Shown here: one piece after another, positions 1-10,203 of the stretch
Position numbering within the stretch: position 1 is the first letter of the stretch
Layout: the number at the start of each line of letters is the position of its first letter
Assembly: GCA_048937405.1 (NCBI GenBank)
Contig: JBHLNF010000001.1
Span: 416,001 to 480,000, forward strand
Length of the DNA: 64,000 bases
Reading direction: 5' to 3'
Source of the DNA: Promethearchaeota archaeon
Lineage (GTDB): Archaea; Asgardarchaeota; Lokiarchaeia; Sigyniarchaeales; SOKP01
Program-made: the position numbers and the translations under genes
Notes under the pieces: generated by a model
What the model was told of the DNA's origin: nothing
Seen by the model: the letters and a program-made list of their open reading frames with translations, nothing else
Database searches by the model: none

Positions 1-2
1 AA

Positions 3-1016
3 CGATTTCAAGAATTATCTGCAGGGAGCGATTTAAATATTTCAATTAAATCCTTTAAAGGGGGAATAAGAAAAAGTACAAAATTGTGGTTAAGTTTTGT
101 GTTTGTTGGTCCTGATAAACCAGGATTAATTGCAACCTTTTCTAACTATGCTGGTCAAAATAACGCAAATATTCACAAATTAAATATGATCTCTCGAGGT
201 CAAATTATTGCTTGTGAAAGTTTACTCAATATATCCGATTTAAAGATATCAAGAGATAGTTTTATCCAAGGACTTAAATCCTTAGGCGAAGAATTAGGAC
301 TACAAATAATTATTGAAGCTGAAAATGTTTTAATGAAGAAGACTAGAAAACTACTGATTCTCGATTTGGATGAAAATTTAATTCAAATCCAAGGTTTAAA
401 TAATTTCTTAAAAGAGATACAACTAAATGAATCAGATAAGCAATTGTTCCAAAAACTGAAGGGCACTAAAAATAGTCAAGAGTTGAGAAAATTAGGTGTT
501 GAAGCCCTCGTAGGAATGGATGTTGATATACTTAATCAAATAATTTCATCATTAAGAATTTCTCCTGGAACAGAAGAGTTTATTCGTGCTTTAAAGTTAA
601 TGCAATATACTATTGCTCTTCTTAGTAATAGCTTATCACTTTTTACTGATCTACTGAAAAATAGGCTTAATTTAGAATATGCATTTGGGAATGCTCTTGA
701 AGTGAATAATGGGAAAATAACTGGGAAATATATCAAAAATTTAGAAATAACTTCCCAAAAAAAGGAAAGGTTAATAAATTGGCTTGCTGTAATGGAGAAA
801 ATACCCGAAATGGAAGTAGTTCAATTCGGATTGGATAATAATGATAAGGACCCAATATTATCTCAAAGCGCTGGTCTAAAAATTAGTATAAACTTTAACT
901 ATGAAAAGGTAAAAAGAATGATGCAACAGCATAATATTACTGCTAGTCAAATTTTAGGTTTATTTGTATCCATTGGAATGATAGATTCTCAAATGGATGA
1001 AATATGGGAATTTTAA
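3..1016 (+). CDS. ACT-domain / SerB-like HAD protein, 5'-truncated by window edge, degenerate catalytic motifs
   Basis: Frame open from position 3; GPDKPGLIA ACT motif; LILDLDENL and SPGTEEFIRALK resemble SerB, but GDGAND is replaced by GLDNND. Confidence 0.7.
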   Translation, partial: RFQELSAGSDLNISIKSFKGGIRKSTKLWLSFVFVGPDKPGLIATFSNYAGQNNANIHKLNMISRGQIIACESLLNISDLKISRDSFIQGLKSLGEELGLQIIIEAENVLMKKTRKLLILDLDENLIQIQGLNNFLKEIQLNESDKQLFQKLKGTKNSQELRKLGVEALVGMDVDILNQIISSLRISPGTEEFIRALKLMQYTIALLSNSLSLFTDLLKNRLNLEYAFGNALEVNNGKITGKYIKNLEITSQKKERLINWLAVMEKIPEMEVVQFGLDNNDKDPILSQSAGLKISINFNYEKVKRMMQQHNITASQILGLFVSIGMIDSQMDEIWEF

Positions 1017-1101
1017 TATAGGGTATTATCACCAACAATTATATCAAAAAAATTTTATTATAAAGTACCATTTGAGAAGATAAAAAAAAAAATGATGTTT
1101 T

Positions 1102-1869
1102 ATGGCAAAAACAATATATTCAAGAGATAAAGGGATAAAAATTTGGCCTGGACCATATAGAGAAGCAGATCCTGAATGGAAAAACCAATTTTCCCAATGG
1201 ATTATTGAATATCTTCCTGAGGGGACAAAATTAGAGATTGTTAACATACTGCAAAGAGATGATTCACGAGGATTTAAAATCAATCTCAAAATTGGTAATG
1301 AATTAAATATGTTTCTTACTTTAAATTTTCAAGGTGATAATCCGTTTAAACAAGATAGATCTCTATTCTTAATAACTACTTCAATACCGTTACCAATAAA
1401 AGAGTATTATCCAGTAATGGGAAATATACTAGATCGTTATAAGGGTATACCATCTTATGAACTCTATAAAAGTGATCGACTTATTCGGAAAGATGATGAT
1501 CCTCTCATTCAAGGCTTAATGAATGCGGTAGATAAAAAATTTCTAAGCCACATGTTTAATGCATTTGGAAAAAAATCAATACGAATAAATCAATCTTACA
1601 CTCAACAAATTGGTATATCTAATCGATTTAGTACTATTGAAATTAAAAATTACTTAAGAGTTTTTCCCTCAGAAGAATTAAAAACAATGATCTTTGAGCA
1701 TGATTCATTTTTGATATTACTTATGAAAAAGAATAAGAAAAAAAAGATAAAGAAGGGTGGTACAAGCTTTTATGGACTATTTAAATTTGCTATAGAAAAT
1801 TATAATAGTATATCATCCAAAAAAGCAATTATTGAAGAGAACTATAAAAGTTCTTCTTGGACAATGTAG
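1102..1869 (+). CDS. hypothetical protein
   Basis: 255-aa ORF, no recognised motif. Confidence 0.6.
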   Translation: MAKTIYSRDKGIKIWPGPYREADPEWKNQFSQWIIEYLPEGTKLEIVNILQRDDSRGFKINLKIGNELNMFLTLNFQGDNPFKQDRSLFLITTSIPLPIKEYYPVMGNILDRYKGIPSYELYKSDRLIRKDDDPLIQGLMNAVDKKFLSHMFNAFGKKSIRINQSYTQQIGISNRFSTIEIKNYLRVFPSEELKTMIFEHDSFLILLMKKNKKKKIKKGGTSFYGLFKFAIENYNSISSKKAIIEENYKSSSWTM

Positions 1870-2125
1870 AAATGCAGGGAATTATACTATGGTTTTATAA
1901 TTTTTATTTTTAATTTATTTTAATTGGATTGTAAATATCCACTTAAATTAATTTTTTATTTTTGAAGGAGTTTTCATATTCTTTTTAACGAATATAGAAG
2001 TGGTTACTATCTCATTTAATGCTACTATGTATTTATTAATATTTATAGAAAAAATCATAAATAATCTAATGTTTTGCAAATTATAAAGAAAAGAAGAGAC
2101 AATTATTTGTGCTTGATTTTAAGTA

Positions 2126-3727
2126 TTGATGGAAAATATGAAAAATTCAGTAATAGAAATTGTTGATTTATTTTATAATCCAAAATCTGTTGCGGTAATT
2201 GGAGCTTCAATGGTTCCTATGAAAGGTGGATATCGTATAGTTGAAAATTTACACTCAAATGGGTACAAAGGTCCAATCTATCCTGTTAATCCCAACTATA
2301 ATGAAGAAGATGAACTATGTGGTTTCAAATTTAATAAATCTATCTTAGACATTGAAGGAGAAGTAGATCTTGCCATTTTTTATGTAAACAATCGTATTGT
2401 AACTAATGTTCTAAAAGACTGTGTCAAGAAAGGAGTAAAAGCGGCTATTATACAAAGTGCTGGTTTTGAGGAGGTGGGTGTAGAAGGATTAAAATTAAGG
2501 GATGAAATTATGGCTATTACTGATAATTTCTCTAAGTTACATATTATTGGACCTAACTGTATGGGAATCAGTAGGATGGATGGGGATTATGATGATAAAA
2601 AAGGAGGTTTCTTCACTGGACAATTTATTTTAACTAATTATAAAAGAGGGAATGTTGCGATTATCACCCAAAGTGGTTTCTTGAATGGAGGAATAGCACC
2701 ATTAATATTTCGACAGTATCCCAATCTAGGATTTAGATATATTGTTTCAATTGGAAACAAGATGGATTTAGGAGAAAATGAACTTCTAGAATATATTTTA
2801 AAAGATGATACAGTAAACGTCATAGCATTATATTTAGAGTCATTTAAAGACCCTAGAAAATTCATCTCTTTATGCAGAAAAGCAAAACAATTACCTAAAA
2901 AAACTATCATCCTTGTAAAAGGTGGAAAAACAAGCCAAGGGATGAGAGCTGCTTCTAGTCACACAGGTGCTTTAGCTGAAGATGAAAGGCTAATTGATAC
3001 TATTATTAAACAAGCAGGAGTTATTCAAGCAAATAATTTTCTTGAAATGTTCCAATTTATGAGGACATTTTCTATGATCTATAAATCTGGTAAAAATTTC
3101 CCGAAAAAAGGAAATATTGCCATCGTTGTTGGGAGTGGTGGTATGGGGACTATAATGGGAGATGTTGCTATGAAGTATGGTTTAAAGTTTCCTGAATTTG
3201 GTCAAAATAGTTATAACATTCTTAAAAGTGTATTCCCTGATTGGATGCCTCCAAACAGATTTGCTCTCGTTGATTCTTGGCCCACAATGGAAAAAGCAAT
3301 AATGGATGCAGCCAAAAATGCCAAAACTAATGAAGAAAAGACAATAGAAAAAGATACTAATGATGAAAAAAAAGCGGATAATTTTCGTAGAATGGGCTTT
3401 TTTGGAAATGTTATGGAAGTTATTCAAAGAGCCATTCTAGAGGAACCCAATATCGAAGGAATGTTTACATCAATGCCAACTGGTCCAAGTGGACATGAAG
3501 GAATAATGGAACTTGTTATTCCAATGCTAGAACGCTTAGCGAAATACCCGAAACCAGTTTTCTTTTATTCAGTGATGGAAAGTGAAGAAGCTTTGGAAAT
3601 ATTAAGGTTATTTGGTAAATATAATATTCCTTTTTTTACCAGATCAGAAGATGCTATCAAGAATTTTGCGATTTTGGTTCAAGAAGCCAGGAACAAAGAA
3701 AGAATTTTAAAAACATTTAAACCATAA
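2126..3727 (+). CDS. acyl-CoA synthetase (NDP-forming) alpha-type subunit, CoA-binding
   Basis: PKSVAVIGAS, IIGPNCMG, TQSG, SIGNKMD, ALYLES, AASSHTGAL (phospho-His). Confidence 0.88.
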   Translation: MMENMKNSVIEIVDLFYNPKSVAVIGASMVPMKGGYRIVENLHSNGYKGPIYPVNPNYNEEDELCGFKFNKSILDIEGEVDLAIFYVNNRIVTNVLKDCVKKGVKAAIIQSAGFEEVGVEGLKLRDEIMAITDNFSKLHIIGPNCMGISRMDGDYDDKKGGFFTGQFILTNYKRGNVAIITQSGFLNGGIAPLIFRQYPNLGFRYIVSIGNKMDLGENELLEYILKDDTVNVIALYLESFKDPRKFISLCRKAKQLPKKTIILVKGGKTSQGMRAASSHTGALAEDERLIDTIIKQAGVIQANNFLEMFQFMRTFSMIYKSGKNFPKKGNIAIVVGSGGMGTIMGDVAMKYGLKFPEFGQNSYNILKSVFPDWMPPNRFALVDSWPTMEKAIMDAAKNAKTNEEKTIEKDTNDEKKADNFRRMGFFGNVMEVIQRAILEEPNIEGMFTSMPTGPSGHEGIMELVIPMLERLAKYPKPVFFYSVMESEEALEILRLFGKYNIPFFTRSEDAIKNFAILVQEARNKERILKTFKP

Positions 3728-3851
3728 ATTTCAATATCTTTAAATCTAGACCAATTCTCAATAAAATTTCATAAAAATTATACTCTAAATTTACTATTAC
3801 TTTCAAATTGAGCTTGGACTAAAATTTAGAAAAACAGGTTTCAAATTAGAT

Positions 3852-5048
3852 TCACACCTTATAATGTTTAATTATGAGCAAACTTATGTAAATTGCGCCC
3901 ATAATTAAATTTCCGAATAATGATACAAGTAATACTACTCGAAAAAGTCCAAAAATAGCAATAATACCTCCAGATATTATTCCTATAGCTATCCCTGATG
4001 TTTGGGTGAAGGTAGCCAATGCCATATTACGAATTACACGTTTTTTATTGGGATGTTGAGTAGCGAGGTATTCGGTTGCGATTTGGAATGTAAATGCGGG
4101 GAGTGTCCAAACAATAAAAATTATTGTAATATTTCTGGTTAAAAGTCCAATATATACTATTATATAGGTTATCCATCCATAAGCAAATAATATATCGGGT
4201 CCATATTTATCGAGAATTTTCCCAAACAGTTTAAAAGCTATTATCCCTAAAAATGCTGCTAATGCATTAGTCGTTCCGTAAAACCATGAAAGAGCACCTA
4301 ATTCTTGAAGATAAGCTGAAAATAATCCAAAAAACATAGCAGCAAATATTGCTAAAAACAATTGATACATTAAAGCAGATTTGAAGGTAAATATTGAATT
4401 TATTAGAGATACATCCTTGTTTAGGTTATTTTTCGTAAATTGAACTATCTCTTTATTTTGAGTAATATATTCAATTGGGATTTTCATATCAGGAACAAGG
4501 ATTAGAAGAATTAAAGCTACTATTGAAAAAAGAAATGAAATTGTAATCATAATTTGCAAATTTAAAAAATCATAACCAATGCCTCCGAAAAATATACCAC
4601 TCCCAAAAGCCAGAGTTTGGATAATATTTAATTTACCCAGAATACTACCTTTTTTGTTTGGTGAAAGATTTGAGAAATATGCTTTAATTGCAGGGATATA
4701 AGCTACGACAAAAAGGTTAGAAATAAATGTTATAGAAAGAATAACTATAGGCGCGGAATTGTAAATTCTTACTAAAAACAAAGCTACATATTGAACCAAT
4801 CCGGCAGTATATCCAATAAGAATTAACTTTTTTTCCCAATGTTTTTTTTCTGCTAACCAATTGAACAAATAAAGAGTTGTTGCCTGTGCTATTGATGGAG
4901 TAGCAAAAATTAGTGAAGCAATAAATAAATCTAAGCCAAAATTGTTTGTACTTCCTAAACTGTTTAATGATAGATATGGTGTTAAAAAGTAAATGTTGAA
5001 AAATGCAAAAAAGAATGAAATTAATAAAAATCTAGAAGATTTATACAT
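3852..5048 (-). CDS. MFS transporter
   Basis: About 12 hydrophobic segments; GKILDKYG motif A. Confidence 0.8.
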   Translation of the reverse strand: MYKSSRFLLISFFFAFFNIYFLTPYLSLNSLGSTNNFGLDLFIASLIFATPSIAQATTLYLFNWLAEKKHWEKKLILIGYTAGLVQYVALFLVRIYNSAPIVILSITFISNLFVVAYIPAIKAYFSNLSPNKKGSILGKLNIIQTLAFGSGIFFGGIGYDFLNLQIMITISFLFSIVALILLILVPDMKIPIEYITQNKEIVQFTKNNLNKDVSLINSIFTFKSALMYQLFLAIFAAMFFGLFSAYLQELGALSWFYGTTNALAAFLGIIAFKLFGKILDKYGPDILFAYGWITYIIVYIGLLTRNITIIFIVWTLPAFTFQIATEYLATQHPNKKRVIRNMALATFTQTSGIAIGIISGGIIAIFGLFRVVLLVSLFGNLIMGAIYISLLIIKHYKV

Positions 5049-5107
5049 AATCCTTGCATTTTTGATTAATATTAAAAAAGAGTGAGTAATTTTCCATGTT
5101 GTTGCTT

Positions 5108-5974
5108 CTAACCAGAAATGTCAACACGCGATTCAAACCTGGAAATTAACTCATCAATTCGACTGTAATCATCTATTGAGATGGTAATAGCTTTATTAGG
5201 GCATTCTCTCACACAACGCCCACATCCCATACAGTTTTCTTGATTGATCATTGCTTTACCTTTTTTCATTTTCAATCCGTCTCTTATACAAACTTTAAAA
5301 CATTTTCCACAACCAGTACATTTATCCGGATCTACCCTTACATCAACACCTTCCATTCTCTTCGACATTTTTCTAAAATCGGCTGGACCGTATTTGCTTA
5401 AGCTAACTACACAGCAACAAGAGCAACAATGACAAATACTCATAAATTCGTCCTCATAATCCAACACATCGTATAAAACTGCATCAGCTCTGAACTTTCC
5501 CATATGTGGAACTAAACCATTTTCATAGGCCAGTCGCTCTCGTTCTAAAGCTTCCTCTTTAGTTGCAAGATGTGCTCCAGGCCATTTAGATCTATCTATT
5601 TTTCCAGCTCCTCGCCCCAACCAGGTACAACCTAAAGTAATATCGTGGTTTTTGCATTTATTGTGGGTACGACATGGACAATCCATTAGAAGTATTGTAC
5701 CTGCCTTATTGATGAAGTATTCTACGACTTTACGGGGTACAATTTGATCCTCATAGGTACCTATCGATAAGTTAACAGGTATAGCGGTTCCTGTTTGGTT
5801 ATCAAATCCGTCGGGATACCTGCGTTTTCTTTCTTTTCGTTTTATAATGGGTAATTTGGCATATTTAGCCCGTTTCTTCATTTTTTTTGCCCATGGAGTA
5901 TCCATCTCAATTGGATTTAGGTCTAACTTACGTTTTTTCTTCAAATTAATCCCTTCTTTAATGATAGTATACAA
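5108..5974 (-). CDS. 4Fe-4S dicluster protein with Cys-rich N-domain
   Basis: CPCR, CHCCSCCC, CTGCGKCFKVC and CMGCGRCVREC. Confidence 0.85.
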   Translation of the reverse strand: MYTIIKEGINLKKKRKLDLNPIEMDTPWAKKMKKRAKYAKLPIIKRKERKRRYPDGFDNQTGTAIPVNLSIGTYEDQIVPRKVVEYFINKAGTILLMDCPCRTHNKCKNHDITLGCTWLGRGAGKIDRSKWPGAHLATKEEALERERLAYENGLVPHMGKFRADAVLYDVLDYEDEFMSICHCCSCCCVVSLSKYGPADFRKMSKRMEGVDVRVDPDKCTGCGKCFKVCIRDGLKMKKGKAMINQENCMGCGRCVRECPNKAITISIDDYSRIDELISRFESRVDISG

Positions 5975-6213
5975 ATCTAAATAGCAATAATTTTATAAAA
6001 GGTTTATTATAAATACGGATTTAAATTGATTAAAGTCCATTTTCTCCTTAATCAATAGTTATAAATCTATCATAGATAATATATCTAAAAATAAAGTGAA
6101 AGAAAGATAACTTGAATTATGATTAATTTTATTGTGATAAATAGAAAAAAATAATAAATTTATTAATTACTACGCATTAGATAGAAAAAATACACACTTA
6201 TGTGATATTAAAT

Positions 6214-7101
6214 ATGCCAAAAGTAAAAGCAAACAATATAGAGTTGGAATACGATACTTTTGGAGATAGTAAATCAGAACCTTTACTTCTAATTATGGGA
6301 TTAGCCGCACAAATGATTCAATGGCCTGAAGAATTTTGTGAAATGCTTGTCGAACAGGGCTTTTTTGTAATTAGGTTTGATAATAGAGATGTTGGTTTAT
6401 CAAAGAAATTTGAACATTTAGGAGTTCCGAACACAATAAAGGCATTTGTCGACATTCAAAAAGGAGAAAAAGTCACTTATGATTATACTACTGATGATAT
6501 GGCAGATGATGCTATAGGATTATTAGATGCCTTGGGTATAGAAAAAGCACATATATGCGGTGCATCCATGGGTGCTGCAATAACACAAACCATAGGATAT
6601 AGACATGCTGATCGGGTACTTAGCTTAGCACCAATTATGGGATCAACAGGAAATCCTGATCTTCCACGCGCTAAACCAGAAGTATCAAGTATACTTGTAA
6701 CCCCTACTCCTGCTGAGCGGGAAGCTTATATCGAACACAGAGTCAAAAATGAAAAAATTATATATGGAACTGGATTTCCATATGATGAAAATGCACGACG
6801 TGATATGATGGGAAGATTATTTGATAGATGCTTTTACCCCCAGGGAATAGCACGCCAACTAATGGCCACATTGGCTCATGGAAACCGCAAACCGAAATTA
6901 TCTTCAATCAAGGCTCCAACCATAGTTATTCATGGAAAAGATGATCCACTTGTCCCATTTGAGGGAGGAAAAGATACAGCAGATTCCATCCCTGGAGCAG
7001 AGTTGTTACTTATCGATGGAATGGGTCATAGCTTACCCCCTGAAACATGGCCTACGATTGTAAATGCTATCAGAAAAAATGCAGATAAAGCTAAAAAATA
7101 G
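6214..7101 (+). CDS. alpha/beta hydrolase
   Basis: FDNRDVGLS, GASMG nucleophile elbow, HGKDDPLVP, GMGH; ATG at 6214 is the likely start. Confidence 0.9.
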   Translation: MPKVKANNIELEYDTFGDSKSEPLLLIMGLAAQMIQWPEEFCEMLVEQGFFVIRFDNRDVGLSKKFEHLGVPNTIKAFVDIQKGEKVTYDYTTDDMADDAIGLLDALGIEKAHICGASMGAAITQTIGYRHADRVLSLAPIMGSTGNPDLPRAKPEVSSILVTPTPAEREAYIEHRVKNEKIIYGTGFPYDENARRDMMGRLFDRCFYPQGIARQLMATLAHGNRKPKLSSIKAPTIVIHGKDDPLVPFEGGKDTADSIPGAELLLIDGMGHSLPPETWPTIVNAIRKNADKAKK

Positions 7102-7256
7102 CGATATCAATATAAAAAGATAAAAAATAACAGTGAATTCTATTTTCATTACAAAAAAAATTGGAATAAATAGGTTGATCACTTATTTATTTCAAGCAAA
7201 TTTTTATTGAATTTCAATCCTAAATTTACCTTTCCATTCCAATTTCAAAGGATTAT

Positions 7257-8276
7257 TCATTTTTTAGTTTTTCTTTCCTTCACTATTTGCAGATATTCCT
7301 CGAAACTAATGCCTGTTCTTTTTAGGTCATAATGTACAGAATTTGGTTTATATACACCATTGCACCAAACAAATTCATTGATTTCTCCATTTATTTCTGA
7401 AAAACCTCGAATATTATATAGATCATCATAAGCATCTAATATTCTTTTATCATTTCCATATCCTAACTTAGTCAATGTATAGAGTGCTATTGCAGTGGTT
7501 AACGCGGGATTCCCGTTAATAAAACTACCAGGACCAGATTGTAAAGAACTTATACACACCATTTTGCCGTGTTCTGGAGCAACTCGTCGAAAACCATCTT
7601 GTTCAGCGGTATAGTTATCTGTAAGAAAAATACTCTCGAAACTAAATCTCCAAGTGCTCGCTTTTCCTTCAAAATTTTCATGAAACTGTTCAAAAAGCCA
7701 TCTAATAGCCATGGAAACTGATTCATGCTTAGTATCAATGCCTAATTCTATCAAGGTTTGTAGTTGAAAGCAGGTTGCAGATAAACTATTAAACCAAGAA
7801 CCATTCTTTCTTTGAGTAGAAATTAATTCTGCAACAACATTTTCCTCGTTAGTAGTTTCATTCATGATATTTCTTCTTACAAGTGTGCTGATAAGATCAG
7901 TTTTCTCTCGAAATCCTTGGTATAAATCATAACGAAAGGTATCTTGATCGAGAAGTTCAGCATGTTTCAAGGCTTTTAAAATTCCATAGGTGTATATCTC
8001 AGCATTTTTCCGTTTCCACATCCCTGTTGATTGTTGTCTGCGAGATATCTCTGGAAGGCACTTAGATAGTACTTCAAATGCTTCCTCTTTAGGTAGATGG
8101 AATGCATAAGCCCATTTTGCATGATGACCTAAAATATAAGTTTTTGCTTCACGGATAAGTCCTTCATTTGATTGATACTTTGGATGAGCAAGGAATGCAG
8201 CTAGTACACCAACTTTGCACCTTATATGTGTGGTACTTTTCATTGATAGACTACTAAATCTCATATAACCATCCAC
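7257..8276 (-). CDS. hypothetical protein with prenyltransferase/squalene-cyclase-like QxxxGxW repeats
   Basis: QQSTGMW and TQRKNGSW motifs. Confidence 0.5.
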   Translation of the reverse strand: MDGYMRFSSLSMKSTTHIRCKVGVLAAFLAHPKYQSNEGLIREAKTYILGHHAKWAYAFHLPKEEAFEVLSKCLPEISRRQQSTGMWKRKNAEIYTYGILKALKHAELLDQDTFRYDLYQGFREKTDLISTLVRRNIMNETTNEENVVAELISTQRKNGSWFNSLSATCFQLQTLIELGIDTKHESVSMAIRWLFEQFHENFEGKASTWRFSFESIFLTDNYTAEQDGFRRVAPEHGKMVCISSLQSGPGSFINGNPALTTAIALYTLTKLGYGNDKRILDAYDDLYNIRGFSEINGEINEFVWCNGVYKPNSVHYDLKRTGISFEEYLQIVKERKTKK

Positions 8277-8516
8277 TTTTTACTTACTACTGGATTTGTC
8301 CTATATTTATATAATTAAACTTTTAAAGCTTTGCTACTTTTTCACTAAATTTTCATGGAAATCAGACTCTGAATTTACCTTTTCAGCATTTAACCTTTTA
8401 AGATATCTTATAAAAAAATGCCGAATATTTATAAATTAGAATCTAAATATTTTTTATATATTTTATTTATTTTTAAGATAACCTTAAAAGACATAACAAA
8501 AGAGAGATGATTATTA

Positions 8517-8813
8517 TTGGCTGAATCAAAGACACCAATATTAATAACCAAAGAAGGCTGTCACAGATGCCATGAATTAAAAGAGTGGCTAAAAGAACGT
8601 AATGTTAGATATATTGAACGAGACGTAAATGATGAGGAATTTGTTCATGAACTACTTAACGATAATAATTTTTTAACAACCTTCTGTGATAAGGAAGGGT
8701 GTATAGTAAATACTCCTGTAGTAATCCATAAAGGTAAATATTGGTTTAAAGAACTGTGGGGTATTTCCGGTCTTAGAGAAAAAGAAGCAAAAAAGCTATT
8801 TGGAGTTAAATAG
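8517..8813 (+). CDS. glutaredoxin-like protein
   Basis: GCHRC, cis-Pro motif TPV. Confidence 0.75.
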   Translation: MAESKTPILITKEGCHRCHELKEWLKERNVRYIERDVNDEEFVHELLNDNNFLTTFCDKEGCIVNTPVVIHKGKYWFKELWGISGLREKEAKKLFGVK

Positions 8814-8838
8814 ATTTTTATAATTTCTATTCATTTTT

Positions 8839-9438
8839 TTATTTTTTTAATTCAGCTAATCTTTTTATTACTTTTCGGATCGTTCTTAATCCTTCTTCAT
8901 CCATTTCAATACCTTTTTTTCCCATATCTTGACTCCACAAACTTGCACCTAAATTTGCGCCAAATGCCCCTCCAGATACAGTTATAATATGATTTTGTAG
9001 ATAAAAATCTAAAATACTTCTTATGGCAATCTCTTGTCCTCCACTTCTATCTCCTCCTAAAGCTAATGCCGCTCCAATTTTATCTTTAAACACATTAGAA
9101 TTCTTAGCTACCAAAGCCCTACACCGATCTATTACCGTTTTTAGTTGACCTGATAAATTACCTTGAAATATTGGAGTACCGAAAAGATAAAATTTCGCCT
9201 CTTCTAATTTAGAATAAAGTTCTTCCATATCATCCTTATTGATACACCCTTTTTTTTCTCGAATACAATAATCACAATGAAGACAAAAGTTAATTTTTTT
9301 ATTTCTAACACTCCAGAATTCTGTTTCAAAACCAAACTTATTGGCAGCATAATTTAAAGCATATTGGATGGCATATTCGGTCCCTTGTTTTCGAGGACTT
9401 CCACATATTCCAAGTAATAGATTCTTCTTTTCAACCAT
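8839..9438 (-). CDS. iron-sulfur flavoprotein (flavodoxin-fold, Isf/WrbA family)
   Basis: GSPRK, CLHCDYC-x5-C, TPIFQG, GGDRSGGQE. Confidence 0.88.
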   Translation of the reverse strand: MVEKKNLLLGICGSPRKQGTEYAIQYALNYAANKFGFETEFWSVRNKKINFCLHCDYCIREKKGCINKDDMEELYSKLEEAKFYLFGTPIFQGNLSGQLKTVIDRCRALVAKNSNVFKDKIGAALALGGDRSGGQEIAIRSILDFYLQNHIITVSGGAFGANLGASLWSQDMGKKGIEMDEEGLRTIRKVIKRLAELKK

Positions 9439-9525
9439 AATAATGCATTTAACTTCCTTTTATTAATAATTGATCATTATTGTATAAAATAAATGTATTA
9501 AAATCTAAAATTCCAATATTAAAAG

Positions 9526-10179
9526 ATGGATACGAATAGACCAAGTTTAGCGAGAATTAAGATTAAGTTTCCAGATCAGATATGGATTTCTGAAATTTTT
9601 AATAACTATCCGGATATAAAAATGGAAATTTCCCACTTTCTACCTTATGATCTTGAGGAATCCATTGGAAATAGTCTAATTGAAATATTACATTATGATA
9701 TCGATTCCATTATAGAAGAGATAAAAAATCATCCTTCTGTCTTCGAGTTAAGTATATTAGAGAAGGAAGAAAATAAAGTTAAATTTAATGTGAAAACAAA
9801 AGATCCATATTTATTATATGCTATAATAAAATGTGGAGTTTTAGTGAACTTTCCAGTAAGAGTGGAAGAAGGATATGCATATTGGAGACTAATTTCAAGT
9901 AGGGACAGGATAGATCAACTCTTAACTCTTTTTGAAGAGAAAAATATTAGTTATGATTTGTTAAGAATTGGTGTATCACCATATACTATTGAAGATGATA
10001 AAAGTAAATTAACTTTTGATGAATCAAATATCCTTGATAAAGCTATTTCTTCAGGTTTCTTTGAAATTCCAAGAAAAATATCTTTAGAAGAATTAGCTAA
10101 CGAATTGGGCAAATCTAAGTCAGCGCTATCAGTAATGCTTAGAAAAATAATCAAAAAGAAAGTCTTATTTGAGAAATAA
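9526..10179 (+). CDS. Bat/HTH_10-family transcriptional regulator
   Basis: C-terminal GFFEIPRKISLEELANELGKSKSALSVMLRK. Confidence 0.85.
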   Translation: MDTNRPSLARIKIKFPDQIWISEIFNNYPDIKMEISHFLPYDLEESIGNSLIEILHYDIDSIIEEIKNHPSVFELSILEKEENKVKFNVKTKDPYLLYAIIKCGVLVNFPVRVEEGYAYWRLISSRDRIDQLLTLFEEKNISYDLLRIGVSPYTIEDDKSKLTFDESNILDKAISSGFFEIPRKISLEELANELGKSKSALSVMLRKIIKKKVLFEK

Positions 10180-10203
10180 TTAATAAGAAATACAAAAAAA
10201 AAG

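Noticed and set aside
3310-3385. Charged insertion in acyl-CoA synthetase as a hidden in-frame intron
   Set aside because: A-rich low-complexity linker with no stem or BHB boundaries
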